From an uncultured Syntrophaceae bacterium (GTDB lineage Bacteria > Desulfobacterota > Syntrophia > Syntrophales > UBA6109), in assembly GCA_964506465.1 (NCBI GenBank), contig CAZDLM010000028.1:1-32000 (forward strand): a DNA stretch of 32,000 bases, written 5' to 3'. The notes under the pieces are model-generated. The model ran no database searches and was not told the origin of the DNA. It worked only from the letters and a program-made list of their open reading frames with translations. Below are positions 1 to 8,249 of the stretch, piece after piece (position 1 is the first letter of the stretch; every line of letters starts with the position of its first letter). The translations under genes and the position numbers were made by a program.

Positions 1-331
1 CCAGCGCCGCGGAAATCTCCCGCGTCGTCACGGGATCGATCGTGCTCATGTCGATGACGACGCCCCCTTGGGCGATTCCCTTGATGACCCCCTTTTCTCC
101 CAGGATGGCCTCCCTCGCATGAGGAGAAGAAGGCACCATGGTGATCACGATGTCCGACTGCTCGGCGACCTCCTTCGCGGAAGCCGCCGCCTTGGCTCCG
201 AACCTGACCAGTTCGTCCAATCTCGGCTTGGCAATGTCATAGGCAGTGACGGCATAGCCCTTTCGAACGACGTTCTTCGACATGGGAAGCCCCATGGCCC
301 CGAGCCCGATGAATCCGATTCTCTCCTTCAT
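1..331 (-). CDS. 3-hydroxyisobutyrate dehydrogenase-like NAD(P)-binding oxidoreductase (N-terminal part, runs off left edge)
   Basis: Minus-strand translation from ATG at 331: MKERIGFIGLGAMGLPMSKNVVRKGYAVTAYDIAKPRLDEL...VVIDMSTIDPVTTREIS. It has the GFIGLGxMGxPM Rossmann motif and the DMST(I)DP substrate-loop motif of the HIBADH family. Confidence 0.88.
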   Translation of the reverse strand, partial: MKERIGFIGLGAMGLPMSKNVVRKGYAVTAYDIAKPRLDELVRFGAKAAASAKEVAEQSDIVITMVPSSPHAREAILGEKGVIKGIAQGGVVIDMSTIDPVTTREISAAL

Positions 332-356
332 GACCTCTCCTCCCATTCTGTGACCT

Positions 357-1094
357 CTAAGGATACACGGTCCGTTCGAAAACCCTGGGATCGTGCCCCG
401 GCAGTACAAAACCGGATATCTTCTTCATGGATTCGTAGTACTGTTCAAGATTGTTGAAAATCCCGGACGGGATATGCGGAACGGTCTCCCAGCATTCAAA
501 GAGGCCGACCGCGTCCCCGGCGATGAAATAGTCTCCCTTTTCCGTCCTGACCGATACCCCCTGGAATCCCGGCGAATGGCTCGGAAGAAATACAGCCTTC
601 ACGCCGTCTTCGATTTCGCAATCCCCGTCGATCAACTCGATTCTGTCCAGGTAATCGATAAACGGCGGCCTGCCCAGGTCCTTCTCGTAATAGAGGGACC
701 GATGGCAAGGCAGCGGGGCAATGGCGTATTCGAGTTCTTTTCTCTGGATAAGGAACCTGGCATTCTTGAAGAGGTGGAATCCATTGGCGTGGTCCCAATG
801 GAGGTGGGTGACTAGGACCGTCTTGACGTCGTCCGGAGAAAGGCCCCGCGCCCGCAAGGCATTCAGCGGCTCCTGCTCGGGCGACCGCTTGACGACCAGT
901 CCGTGATTCGCGAGACACTGGGCCGGTTCCGGCGGCCCCAGATCGACAATGATATTTTCCGCGGTCCCTCTGATGTGCCACAGGATGCAAGGCGCTTCAT
1001 AGGTTACGCCTGCATACATCCGATAGGTGCATGTCGGCTTGGGAAGCGCCGCAAAGTGTCCCACATCAACCGGTACGATCTCGTGACGTTTCAT
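357..1094 (-). CDS. MBL-fold metallo-hydrolase (AHL-lactonase / glyoxalase-II-like family)
   Basis: 245 aa ORF with the zinc motif VLVTHLHWDHANG, plus downstream FLPSHSPGFQGVSV and YFIAGDAV. Confidence 0.85.
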   Translation of the reverse strand: MKRHEIVPVDVGHFAALPKPTCTYRMYAGVTYEAPCILWHIRGTAENIIVDLGPPEPAQCLANHGLVVKRSPEQEPLNALRARGLSPDDVKTVLVTHLHWDHANGFHLFKNARFLIQRKELEYAIAPLPCHRSLYYEKDLGRPPFIDYLDRIELIDGDCEIEDGVKAVFLPSHSPGFQGVSVRTEKGDYFIAGDAVGLFECWETVPHIPSGIFNNLEQYYESMKKISGFVLPGHDPRVFERTVYP

Positions 1095-1157
1095 CGCATA
1101 GCTCCTGGGGTCTGGAACAACTGGTTCCGCCTGATCGGCAACTCTGTTCTTCTTCTC

Positions 1158-2990
1158 CTATTGACATTCGCGAACGAGGTCGGCCAGGCCTAGCCGCTCG
1201 ATCGTTTCCCTTTCCGGCAGACCGCTTTCCTCGTTCCAGCCGCGTTCCTGATAGTAATCCTTCAGCATGCGCTCCAGCGGCACCGTATTCCCCTTCGCCG
1301 GACCGTCCGGCAGGGGCTCGTTCAGACAGCGCCAGGGCAACGTGTCGTCGGCTTTGGAGAACCCCTCGCGCTGATTGAAAAGCCTCTCCAGGGTGTAGAT
1401 CCGGTCCGCGATCATGGTGGCTTCCTCATCGGAATAATTCCATCCGGTCACCGCGTTCGTAAACCGCACCTGCTGCCGTTCGTCCATTCCGAACCGCGAA
1501 AAACTGCAGAAGACCATCGAGTCCTGAAGGCAGTATTTGTTCTGCTCTTTCCGGTTCAATTTCCCCTTTTCCTTGTGCGTCAGCATGTCCTTGAGGCCGA
1601 CGCGCTCGCCCGTCAGCGTGGGGCCGTAAGAGTGGTTCGCTCCCGGCGTCGCCGTCGCGTACATCAGTCCCATTCCCACGAGGGCCCGGGGCTCGTAGGC
1701 GGCAAAGTCCTGTCCCTTGCTGTGCATCGCGAACCGGTGTGAATCCTGCCCGATCGCTTTGGAAGCCCGCTTCGTCCCTTCCGCCAGAACGTTGCCGAAT
1801 CCCTCTCTGCGCGCGATCTTCTCGATCAGGGCCATGAGCACGTCCGGATTGCCGAACTCCAATTTCAACCCGTCCGTGTCCCGCTCGGTGATCAGTCCGC
1901 GCTGATAGCATTCGACGGCAAAGGCCACGGTGCTTCCGGTGCTGATGGTATCAATGCCGTATTCATTGCAGAGGTAGTTCGCCTGCGCCACGGCCCGGAT
2001 ATCGCCGATGCCGCAGTTGCTTCCGAGCAGTCCGATCGTCTCGTATTCCGGACCCGGCAGAACCGTGCCCTTGTAAGGTCCGTCTTTGATGAAGCCCGCT
2101 TTCCCGCAGGGAATCGGACAGCCGAAGCAGGACTCGTTGTGGATGTACAGCGTGTCCCTCACCGTATCCGGCATCAGGCCCTGAATGCCGTCGAAGGTCG
2201 ACCGGGAGAAATTCATGATCGGCAGGACACCCGAAGCGTACGTGACCGCTACGGTGCCCGGCGTCCCAAGCTCAATTCTCTTGGGAACGGCGGGGTTCTC
2301 CCGGATCGTCGCATAGGTTTCCGCGAGCAGACTCTGGAATTCCCCGATGTCGGCAACGCGAACACTTTTCGTGCCCCGCACGACCACGGCCTTCAGAAGC
2401 TTCGATCCCATCACCGCACCCGTTCCGCCTCTCGCCGCCGCCCGCGAACCGACGATCACGCCGGCGAACCGCACCAGGTTTTCACCGGCCGGACCGATCG
2501 GGATGACGCTCACCGAGTTGTCGTTCAGGTCCTTCCTAATCGCCGCCTGCGTTTCTCCCGTCGTCATGCCCCAATATTTCTGGGCGTCCCTGATTTCGAC
2601 CTTTCCATCGTCAATCATGACGTACACGGGACTCTTTGCCTTCCCCTTGACCACCACGGCGTCGAAGCCGCCGTACTTCAATTCCGGACCGAAGCTCCCT
2701 CCGCCGCAGACCGACCTCGACAGGGAACCCGACAGCGGGGACTTGTTCATGATGATGAACTTCGGCGCGAACGGCGTCACGGTGCCCTGAACGGGCCCTG
2801 AAATGAAATAGATCGAACTGTCGGGAGCAAAGGGGTCCGTATTCGGTGCGATCTCCCGGTAAGCGAGATACGCCCCCAGCCCCCTTCCGCCCACATAGGA
2901 TCGGGCGACGGCTGCATCGAGCGGTTCCACGTCGATCTTTCCGACGGACAAGTCGACCCGCAATATCTTGCCCATGTATCCGTACATCAT
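1158..2990 (-). CDS. Aldehyde ferredoxin oxidoreductase family (tungsten/molybdopterin) large subunit
   Basis: 610 aa ORF. The N-terminus GYMGKILRVDLSVGKIDVEPL...YVGGRGLGAYLAY is typical of AOR. Internal features include GFGNVLAEGTKRAS, PGPEYETIGLLGSNCGI and the AOR-type C-terminus. Confidence 0.93.
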   Translation of the reverse strand: MMYGYMGKILRVDLSVGKIDVEPLDAAVARSYVGGRGLGAYLAYREIAPNTDPFAPDSSIYFISGPVQGTVTPFAPKFIIMNKSPLSGSLSRSVCGGGSFGPELKYGGFDAVVVKGKAKSPVYVMIDDGKVEIRDAQKYWGMTTGETQAAIRKDLNDNSVSVIPIGPAGENLVRFAGVIVGSRAAARGGTGAVMGSKLLKAVVVRGTKSVRVADIGEFQSLLAETYATIRENPAVPKRIELGTPGTVAVTYASGVLPIMNFSRSTFDGIQGLMPDTVRDTLYIHNESCFGCPIPCGKAGFIKDGPYKGTVLPGPEYETIGLLGSNCGIGDIRAVAQANYLCNEYGIDTISTGSTVAFAVECYQRGLITERDTDGLKLEFGNPDVLMALIEKIARREGFGNVLAEGTKRASKAIGQDSHRFAMHSKGQDFAAYEPRALVGMGLMYATATPGANHSYGPTLTGERVGLKDMLTHKEKGKLNRKEQNKYCLQDSMVFCSFSRFGMDERQQVRFTNAVTGWNYSDEEATMIADRIYTLERLFNQREGFSKADDTLPWRCLNEPLPDGPAKGNTVPLERMLKDYYQERGWNEESGLPERETIERLGLADLVRECQ

Positions 2991-3001
2991 CGTTCTTCCC
3001 C

Positions 3002-3439
3002 CTACTCAAAAATCAAGGCGCCGGTGGGACAATTTCGTACGCACAGCGGCTCTCCCCCGCACAAGTCACACTTGCCAGCTTTCGTCTCGCCATCTTCCCT
3101 GTGCAGGACGATCATGTTGTACGGACATTCCTGGAGGCACTGTTCGCACCCGATGCACTGGTCCCTGTCGACGAACCTGATCGACAGGGTTTCATTTGCA
3201 GCGAAGGCCTCCGCTGGACATCCCTCGGCGCAGGGCGCTGGATCGCACTGACGGCATACGTGCGGCTGATCGATGTTTTCGATGGGTTTGTTCAGACCGA
3301 ATTCCCGATTGCTCTCGATCCGGATCAAGGCGTTTCTTGGGTTAAAGGCCCCCTCGTAATGGAACATGGAGCAGGAAAGCTCGCATATGCGGCAGCCGAC
3401 GCATTTTTCCTCGAGAACTTTGAGACGTTTTGCAGTCAT
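3002..3439 (-). CDS. 4Fe-4S ferredoxin-type electron-transfer subunit (HycB/AOR-associated)
   Basis: 145 aa with four Cys clusters: CVGCRICELSC, CRQCDPAPCAEGCP, CIGCEQCLQECP, CDLCGGEPLCVRNCP. It is immediately upstream (minus strand) of the AOR gene. Confidence 0.9.
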   Translation of the reverse strand: MTAKRLKVLEEKCVGCRICELSCSMFHYEGAFNPRNALIRIESNREFGLNKPIENIDQPHVCRQCDPAPCAEGCPAEAFAANETLSIRFVDRDQCIGCEQCLQECPYNMIVLHREDGETKAGKCDLCGGEPLCVRNCPTGALIFE

Positions 3440-3454
3440 GGCATTTCCCCTCTT

Positions 3455-4165
3455 CTACATGCTGGCTGCGGACATCTCCATCGACGGCAGGGCCGCCAGC
3501 ATCGCCCTTCTGGCCTCTTTCGCTTCCCGGATGTGCCGTTCCAGGCTCTCTTTCGCGCCGGCGACATCCCGTTCCCTGATCCTTTGTACAATCTCTTCAT
3601 GCTGGGCGGCCGCAATGGGCAGCCTGACCGGTGGGATCCGCTCCACCGGCGATCTCAGATAGGTGTGCTCGAAAATCCGTCTGAGCTCCTTGACAATCTC
3701 CCCGTTCCGGGACATCGTTGCGATCTGCGAGTGAAACGCCGCATCCAGGATCAGTTTCCTGCGGTCATAGATCTGGATGCTGTAGTCCCTGTGGTCCTGC
3801 TGCAGCCTCTCGAGCAGACGAAAATCCTCGGGCGTCTGATTCCCGATCGCCATCTCGATGGCGTAGAGTTCGAGAATCAGCCTCAAATCAAACAGGTCTT
3901 CGATTTCCTGAAGGTTGATTTTTCTCACGTAGTACCCGACGTTCGGGATGCGTTCGACAAATCCTTCCTGCTCCAGCCGCCCCAGGGCGAATTGAACCGG
4001 AGTGGAACTCATGCTCAGCGCCTTCGCCAATTCGCGATAGATCAGTTTCTGCCCGGGCACGATGTGCTGCCCAAAAATCATATCCTTGATCTTCAGATAG
4101 GCGCTTTCCATCATATTGTGGGAGTCTTTGCCGCCCTCGGAACTCTTCAAGCCTTCGATCGCCAC
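3455..4165 (-). CDS. GntR family transcriptional regulator, FadR/FCD-type
   Basis: 236 aa with an N-terminal winged-helix motif (GQKLIYRELAKALSMSSTPVQFALGRLEQEGFVERIPNVGYYV) and a helical FCD-like C-terminal domain (DLFDLRLILELYAIEMA...H..I....A..A...HI). Confidence 0.9.
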   Translation of the reverse strand: MAIEGLKSSEGGKDSHNMMESAYLKIKDMIFGQHIVPGQKLIYRELAKALSMSSTPVQFALGRLEQEGFVERIPNVGYYVRKINLQEIEDLFDLRLILELYAIEMAIGNQTPEDFRLLERLQQDHRDYSIQIYDRRKLILDAAFHSQIATMSRNGEIVKELRRIFEHTYLRSPVERIPPVRLPIAAAQHEEIVQRIRERDVAGAKESLERHIREAKEARRAMLAALPSMEMSAASM

Positions 4166-4210
4166 GTTCTTCTCTCGCTATTTTCTGGGCCAATCCAGTT
4201 CGTCCCCGTA

Positions 4211-4239
4211 ACGCTAAGCAATCGCCAAGAATTTGTCAA
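4211..4239 (-). promoter_or_regulatory. Candidate sigma70-like promoter for the GntR-AOR operon
   Basis: Minus-strand reading: TTGACA (4234-4239), 17-nt spacer, TAGCGT (4211-4216), about 45 bp upstream of the ATG at 4165. It sits at the edge of a markedly AT-rich segment (4212-4293). Confidence 0.4.
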
Positions 4240-4452
4240 GAATTTTATTTAATATTTTATTATTGCTTTATTATAAATAATATTAAGTAATTGCGATGCC
4301 GCTCGACGAGGCGCGTTACCGAGGAGTGTCTTGGCGATGCCGACAACGATGGCCCGAGCCGGGAAGGAGGGGGGAAACGATAGCGAAACGACGGGAGGTT
4401 CCGCGGCCCCGCTTGTCCGGCGCCGCGAACGATGGATTTCAGAGACCTGTTA

Positions 4453-4800
4453 CTACACGGAAGGATCTCGAGAGAGAAATGCCAGCAGCTTTTCTTCGTT
4501 CAAACCGACGCCTGGTGCGCCATCGAGCCTTTCCGACAGAGCCCCCTTTTCAAAGAGAAGCACCGTCGGATAGACCTTCACGTCATATCGAGGCGCCAGT
4601 ACTTCCGCGTCATCCTGCGCCAGAACAAAGTGCATCCCCTCGATTCCCACGTGCCGTTGAAATATCGGCAGGAAGCTTGCGCAAAAAGGGCACCAGGAGG
4701 CATAGAAGAGGACAACGACGCGGTCCCCAGCCTTCAATCTTTCGATCAGATCGCTGTCATGATCGACCCAAGTGCATGGAACGTTCGTGTTCATGGACAT
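4453..4800 (-). CDS. Thioredoxin-fold protein with CPFC active site
   Basis: Track ORF 4453..4842; the likely start is MSMNTNVP at 4800. Translation includes VVVLFYASWCPFCASFLPIFQRH and YDVKVYPTVLLFEKG, a thioredoxin core with cis-Pro. Confidence 0.8.
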   Translation of the reverse strand: MSMNTNVPCTWVDHDSDLIERLKAGDRVVVLFYASWCPFCASFLPIFQRHVGIEGMHFVLAQDDAEVLAPRYDVKVYPTVLLFEKGALSERLDGAPGVGLNEEKLLAFLSRDPSV

Positions 4801-4807
4801 CCCGCGG

Positions 4808-5269
4808 TCAGTTCCCGCCGAAAAATTTCCGCCAGTTCGCATTGGCCTTCCGGATGTTGCCCGGAATGTCGCGGCTCCATTTTTCGGATGCGGTTTTGCT
4901 GCAATTCAAATAAAGCTTCCCGTCGACGATCTTCCATACTTCCGGATCGGTAAGGGCCTTCCGACCCTCCGTCATGGCCCAGGCGCAATAGCCGTCATAC
5001 TGCGGGGCGTATTTCTCCGGATCCTTCGCGAAGAGATCCCGGTTTTCCGCGGTTGAGAAATACCAGGTCCTTTGATGCCACGAAAACGAAAACGCCTCGC
5101 TGCCTTTCAGGGCTCTGCCAGCCTTGAAATACGCGACCGTGTCATATCCCCGGATCGCGACATCAGCCGCGGGCGAACCGCCGGCCTCCGCGCCGCCCCA
5201 TCCGGTCAACAGCAGAAGGGCGGCTGAGAAACTCATGAGAATCTCCTGGACTGTTTTCGACGACGTCAT
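4808..5269 (-). CDS. YHS-domain-containing exported or periplasmic protein
   Basis: The last 153 aa of track ORF 4808..5644, starting at MTSSKTVQEILMSFSAALLLLTGWGG. Contains DVAIRGYDTVAYFKAGRALKGSEAFSFSWHQRTWYFSTAENRDLFAKDPEKYAPQYDGYCAWAM, the YHS signature. The upstream part of the track ORF is out-of-frame readthrough of the 5311..5682 gene. Confidence 0.85.
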   Translation of the reverse strand: MTSSKTVQEILMSFSAALLLLTGWGGAEAGGSPAADVAIRGYDTVAYFKAGRALKGSEAFSFSWHQRTWYFSTAENRDLFAKDPEKYAPQYDGYCAWAMTEGRKALTDPEVWKIVDGKLYLNCSKTASEKWSRDIPGNIRKANANWRKFFGGN

Positions 5270-5310
5270 AGGACTCTCCCTCCCCGCCCCCTCTTTTGCT
5301 TCTTCACCCC

Positions 5311-5682
5311 TCAATCGCCGGTGAAAAATTTCCGAATGCTCTTTCCCGCCTGCCGGAAGGCATCGCCGGTCTGCCTGCCGGCATCCCGGAACCACTCGCC
5401 GATGCTCCGACCCTTCTTCTGGGCCTCTTCCTTGCTTTCCTTCATCGACTCCTTGAATTCTTTCGAGGTCTCTTTGGCGTCTTCCTTGATCTTTTTCCCG
5501 ATGTCCTTTGCCCCCTGTCCGACCTCCTTTGCTCCTTCCTTGAAGCCCTGGCCGATGTCCTTTGCCCCTTCCTTGAATTTCTGCCCGATTCCCTTTTCCT
5601 CCTGATTGGCGCCGCCGTCGGCGGCCTGGCATGGGAAGGTCCAAAGGAGCGCCAGCATCAGGGCAATCACGATTCTTCGCAT
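5311..5682 (-). CDS. Small secreted lysine-rich protein made of 11-residue amphipathic repeats (LEA/apolipoprotein-like)
   Basis: Start MRRIVIALMLALLWTFPCQAA (signal peptide) is preceded by AGAAGGAGGACTCTT, a strong RBS. Repeats read IGQKFKEGAKD / IGQGFKEGAKE / VGQGAKD / IGKKIKEDAKE / TSKEFKESMKE / ... / IGEWFRDAGRQ / TGDAFRQAGKS. Confidence 0.75.
   Translation of the reverse strand: MRRIVIALMLALLWTFPCQAADGGANQEEKGIGQKFKEGAKDIGQGFKEGAKEVGQGAKDIGKKIKEDAKETSKEFKESMKESKEEAQKKGRSIGEWFRDAGRQTGDAFRQAGKSIRKFFTGD
5338..5589 (-). repeat. Protein-level tandem 11-mer repeat array
   Basis: Residues 32-115 of the 5311..5682 product follow an [I/T]GxxFKxGAKx 11-residue period, with one 7-residue unit (VGQGAKD). 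Confidence 0.7.
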
Positions 5683-5775
5683 AAGAGTCCTCCTTCTATT
5701 GCCAAGGTGCGTCTGCAGTGTAACACGGACGGGAATCACCGGCAAGGGACGGAGATCGGGGATGGAGACAAATCG

Positions 5776-6993
5776 TTATTTTTCCAGGACGAGGCAGGCG
5801 TATGTTCCGCCGAAGGAGATCCCGCTCAGGAGAGCCCGGTGAACGGGTTTTCGTATGGAAGTCCCGGCAACGAACGGCGCCAGGCTCAGGGGTTTCTTCA
5901 GACCGACGACGGGCGGGACGATCCCGTCCCGGAGGGAAAGCGCCAGAGCGGCCGCCCGCACGCCGCCCGACGCAAAGACCTCTCCCGTCGCCCCCTTGAG
6001 CGAGGTGATGGAAGCCCCGGCGCACGCGCTCCCGAAGAGCCTTTCGTAAGCCGCCGCCTCCAGCCCGTCCAGGTCGCGTCCGCCGTTGGCCGCCGCCTGG
6101 ACAAGGTCGATCTCCGTCGCCTTCGCCCCCGCCATGCGCAGGGCGCGGTCCAGGGTCAGCAGAAGGCCGCGGGGATCAGCCGGCCATGCCGTGGGCGGCG
6201 CCGGCGAGGAGCCCAGGCCCCATCCCGATATCTCCGCATAGGGCGTCGCGCCGCGCCGGCGTGCGGAATCCATGGTCTCGAGGCAGACGATCCCGCAGCC
6301 CTCTCCCGCGACCGGACCGTTCCTGTTGAGGTCAAAGGGGCGCGCTCCCTCCACCCCGCCTCCCGAAGGGGAGAGGGCGCAGAAACGGGTCAGGGCCTCG
6401 TAGTAGAACGGCGACAGGATGTCTCCACCCCCGGCGAGGATCGCATCCGCCGTTCCGCGGCGGATCTCCATGGCACCGTAGACGATGGCCGTCTCCGCGG
6501 AGACGGCCTGGTGATTGACCGTCGTGTTCACGCCGCGGAATCCCATCTCGATGGAGGCGTGGCCGGCCGGGGCGTTCATCACGGTATTGGGAACGAAAAG
6601 AGGGCTGACCCTTTCGGGCCCTTCCGTGAAGAGCACCCGGGCGCTCAGGACCTTGTGTTCCGTATTTCCGAAGGCCGTCCCCATGACGATCCCGATCCGG
6701 TCGCGGTTGGCGTCATCGACGCGGATCCCCGCATCCTCCAGGGCCATGCGTACCGATGCCGTCGTCATGGCCGACAGGCGGTCCATCTTTCGCAGATTTT
6801 TCAGGGAAATGAAGTCCCGGGGCTGGAAGGCGCGGCATTCCGCCCCGAGGTGAGAGGGCAGCCCGCCGGTCGGAAAGCCCGCAATCTCCCGGATCCCCGT
6901 TTCGCCGCTCCAGAGGGCCTGCGCAAAGGCCTCCTTGCCGACCCCAATGGGCGTGACCATGCCGATCCCGGTGATGACGACGCGCCTATCCAT
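5776..6993 (-). CDS. FabF/KAS-II-like ketosynthase homologue lacking the catalytic triad (chain-length-factor-like)
   Basis: 405 aa from MDRRVVITGIGMVTPIGVGK. The KS fold is clear, but the active-site region reads GVNTTVNHQAVSAETAIVYG (Ala replaces Cys), HGTxT is replaced by AAANGGRD, and KxxxGH is replaced by KGATGE. The longer N-terminus in the track (to 7371) is out-of-frame with the upstream gene and not real. Confidence 0.88.
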   Translation of the reverse strand: MDRRVVITGIGMVTPIGVGKEAFAQALWSGETGIREIAGFPTGGLPSHLGAECRAFQPRDFISLKNLRKMDRLSAMTTASVRMALEDAGIRVDDANRDRIGIVMGTAFGNTEHKVLSARVLFTEGPERVSPLFVPNTVMNAPAGHASIEMGFRGVNTTVNHQAVSAETAIVYGAMEIRRGTADAILAGGGDILSPFYYEALTRFCALSPSGGGVEGARPFDLNRNGPVAGEGCGIVCLETMDSARRRGATPYAEISGWGLGSSPAPPTAWPADPRGLLLTLDRALRMAGAKATEIDLVQAAANGGRDLDGLEAAAYERLFGSACAGASITSLKGATGEVFASGGVRAAALALSLRDGIVPPVVGLKKPLSLAPFVAGTSIRKPVHRALLSGISFGGTYACLVLEK

Positions 6994-8245
6994 GCCGCCT
7001 TCCCTCTTCCCGGAAGCGGCCGAAGACGACCGTCGTATTGTTCCCGCCGAAGGCGAAGGAGTTGGAAAGAACGACTTCCGGCTGCGCCCGGCGGGCCCCC
7101 GCTGCGACGTAATCCAGGTCGCATTCCGGATCTGGCGTCTCGCAGTGGATCGTCGGCGGGATGAATTCTTCCGTGATCGCCAGGAGCGCGACGACCCCTT
7201 CGATCGCACCGGACGCCCCCAGCGTGTGGCCGTGCATCGACTTGGTCGAACTGACGGGGATCCGCCAGGCCCGCCGGCCGAAGACCTCCTTGATCGCCCG
7301 CGTCTCCATGAGATCGTTGAGCGGCGTCGCCGTCCCGTGTGCGTTGATGTAATCGACCGCCTCCGGCGCAAGACCCGCGTCGGCGAGGGCCGCCCGCATC
7401 GCCCGCGCCGCTCCGGAGGCGCCGACGTCCGGCGCCGTCATGTGATGCGAGTCGCAGGTGACGCCGTAGCCCAGGATCTCGCCCAGGATGTTCGCTCCCC
7501 TGTCGCGCGCGCTCTCCAGGGATTCGAGGATGAGGATCCCCGCCCCTTCTCCGAGCGTCAGTCCCGCGCGGTTCCCGGAAAAAGGGCGGCAAAAGCCGGG
7601 ATCGACGGCCTGCAGGGCGTTGAACGAGGAATAGGTCATGCGGCAGAGCGGCTCGGTTCCGCCGGCGATCATCGCCCGGGCGGCGCCGGCACGGATCAGA
7701 TCCCGCGCCAGGCCGATGGCCGTCGCCCCCGAGGAACAGGCGGTCATCAGGGTCGTCTTCGGTCCCCAAAGGCCGAATTTCGTCGCGAGATGATTGGCCG
7801 TCGAAGCGCAGCAGAGCGGGGCCAGCCGGGAAAACCTGACGGAGTGGGGGCCCCGCTGCAGGTAGTCTGAAAAGACGGTCTCCGCCTCCAGAAGGCCGCC
7901 GGCTCCCCCGCCGATGACGACGCCCATTTCCTCGCGAAGCCCTTCCGGAACGGGAGCAAGCCCCGCCTGGGCGAGGGCCTCCAGCGCGGCGGCAAGGCCG
8001 AGGCAATCGGAGCGAGACATCCGTTTGAGAGAAAATTCGGCGGGAATGGCGGCGCGGGGCCGGAAATCCTTCACCTGCGCCCCGTTGTGGGTGCGGAATG
8101 CCGCCGTATCGAAAAGGGTAATCGGCCCGATCCCGCATTCCCCGCGCAACAGGGCTGCGGCGAACCGGGAGACATCGGCGGCCAGTGCGTTGACGGTCCC
8201 CATCCCGGTGACCACCACGCGCTCTTGGGTTTCTTTTGTCTTCAT
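6986..8245 (-). CDS. Beta-ketoacyl-ACP synthase (FabF-like), catalytically complete
   Basis: 419 aa with LMTACSSGATAIG (Cys), INAHGTATPLND (His), TKSMHGHTLGASGAIEG (Lys/His) and SNSFAFGGNN. It overlaps the start of the triad-less KS by 8 bp. Confidence 0.93.
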   Translation of the reverse strand: MKTKETQERVVVTGMGTVNALAADVSRFAAALLRGECGIGPITLFDTAAFRTHNGAQVKDFRPRAAIPAEFSLKRMSRSDCLGLAAALEALAQAGLAPVPEGLREEMGVVIGGGAGGLLEAETVFSDYLQRGPHSVRFSRLAPLCCASTANHLATKFGLWGPKTTLMTACSSGATAIGLARDLIRAGAARAMIAGGTEPLCRMTYSSFNALQAVDPGFCRPFSGNRAGLTLGEGAGILILESLESARDRGANILGEILGYGVTCDSHHMTAPDVGASGAARAMRAALADAGLAPEAVDYINAHGTATPLNDLMETRAIKEVFGRRAWRIPVSSTKSMHGHTLGASGAIEGVVALLAITEEFIPPTIHCETPDPECDLDYVAAGARRAQPEVVLSNSFAFGGNNTTVVFGRFREEGRRHG

Positions 8246-8249
8246 AGGT

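Noticed and set aside
5270-5644. N-terminal part of track ORF 4808..5644
   Set aside because: It is a +1-frame shadow of the 11-mer repeat protein. The YHS protein starts at 5269.
5296-7164. 622-aa plus-strand ORF
   Set aside because: Antisense to the repeat protein and the triad-less KS. Composition is typical of shadow ORFs in high-GC DNA.
6994-7371. N-terminal 126 aa of track ORF 5776..7371
   Set aside because: This is an Arg/Ser-rich out-of-frame read of the upstream KS. The real start is MDRRVVITGIG at 6993.
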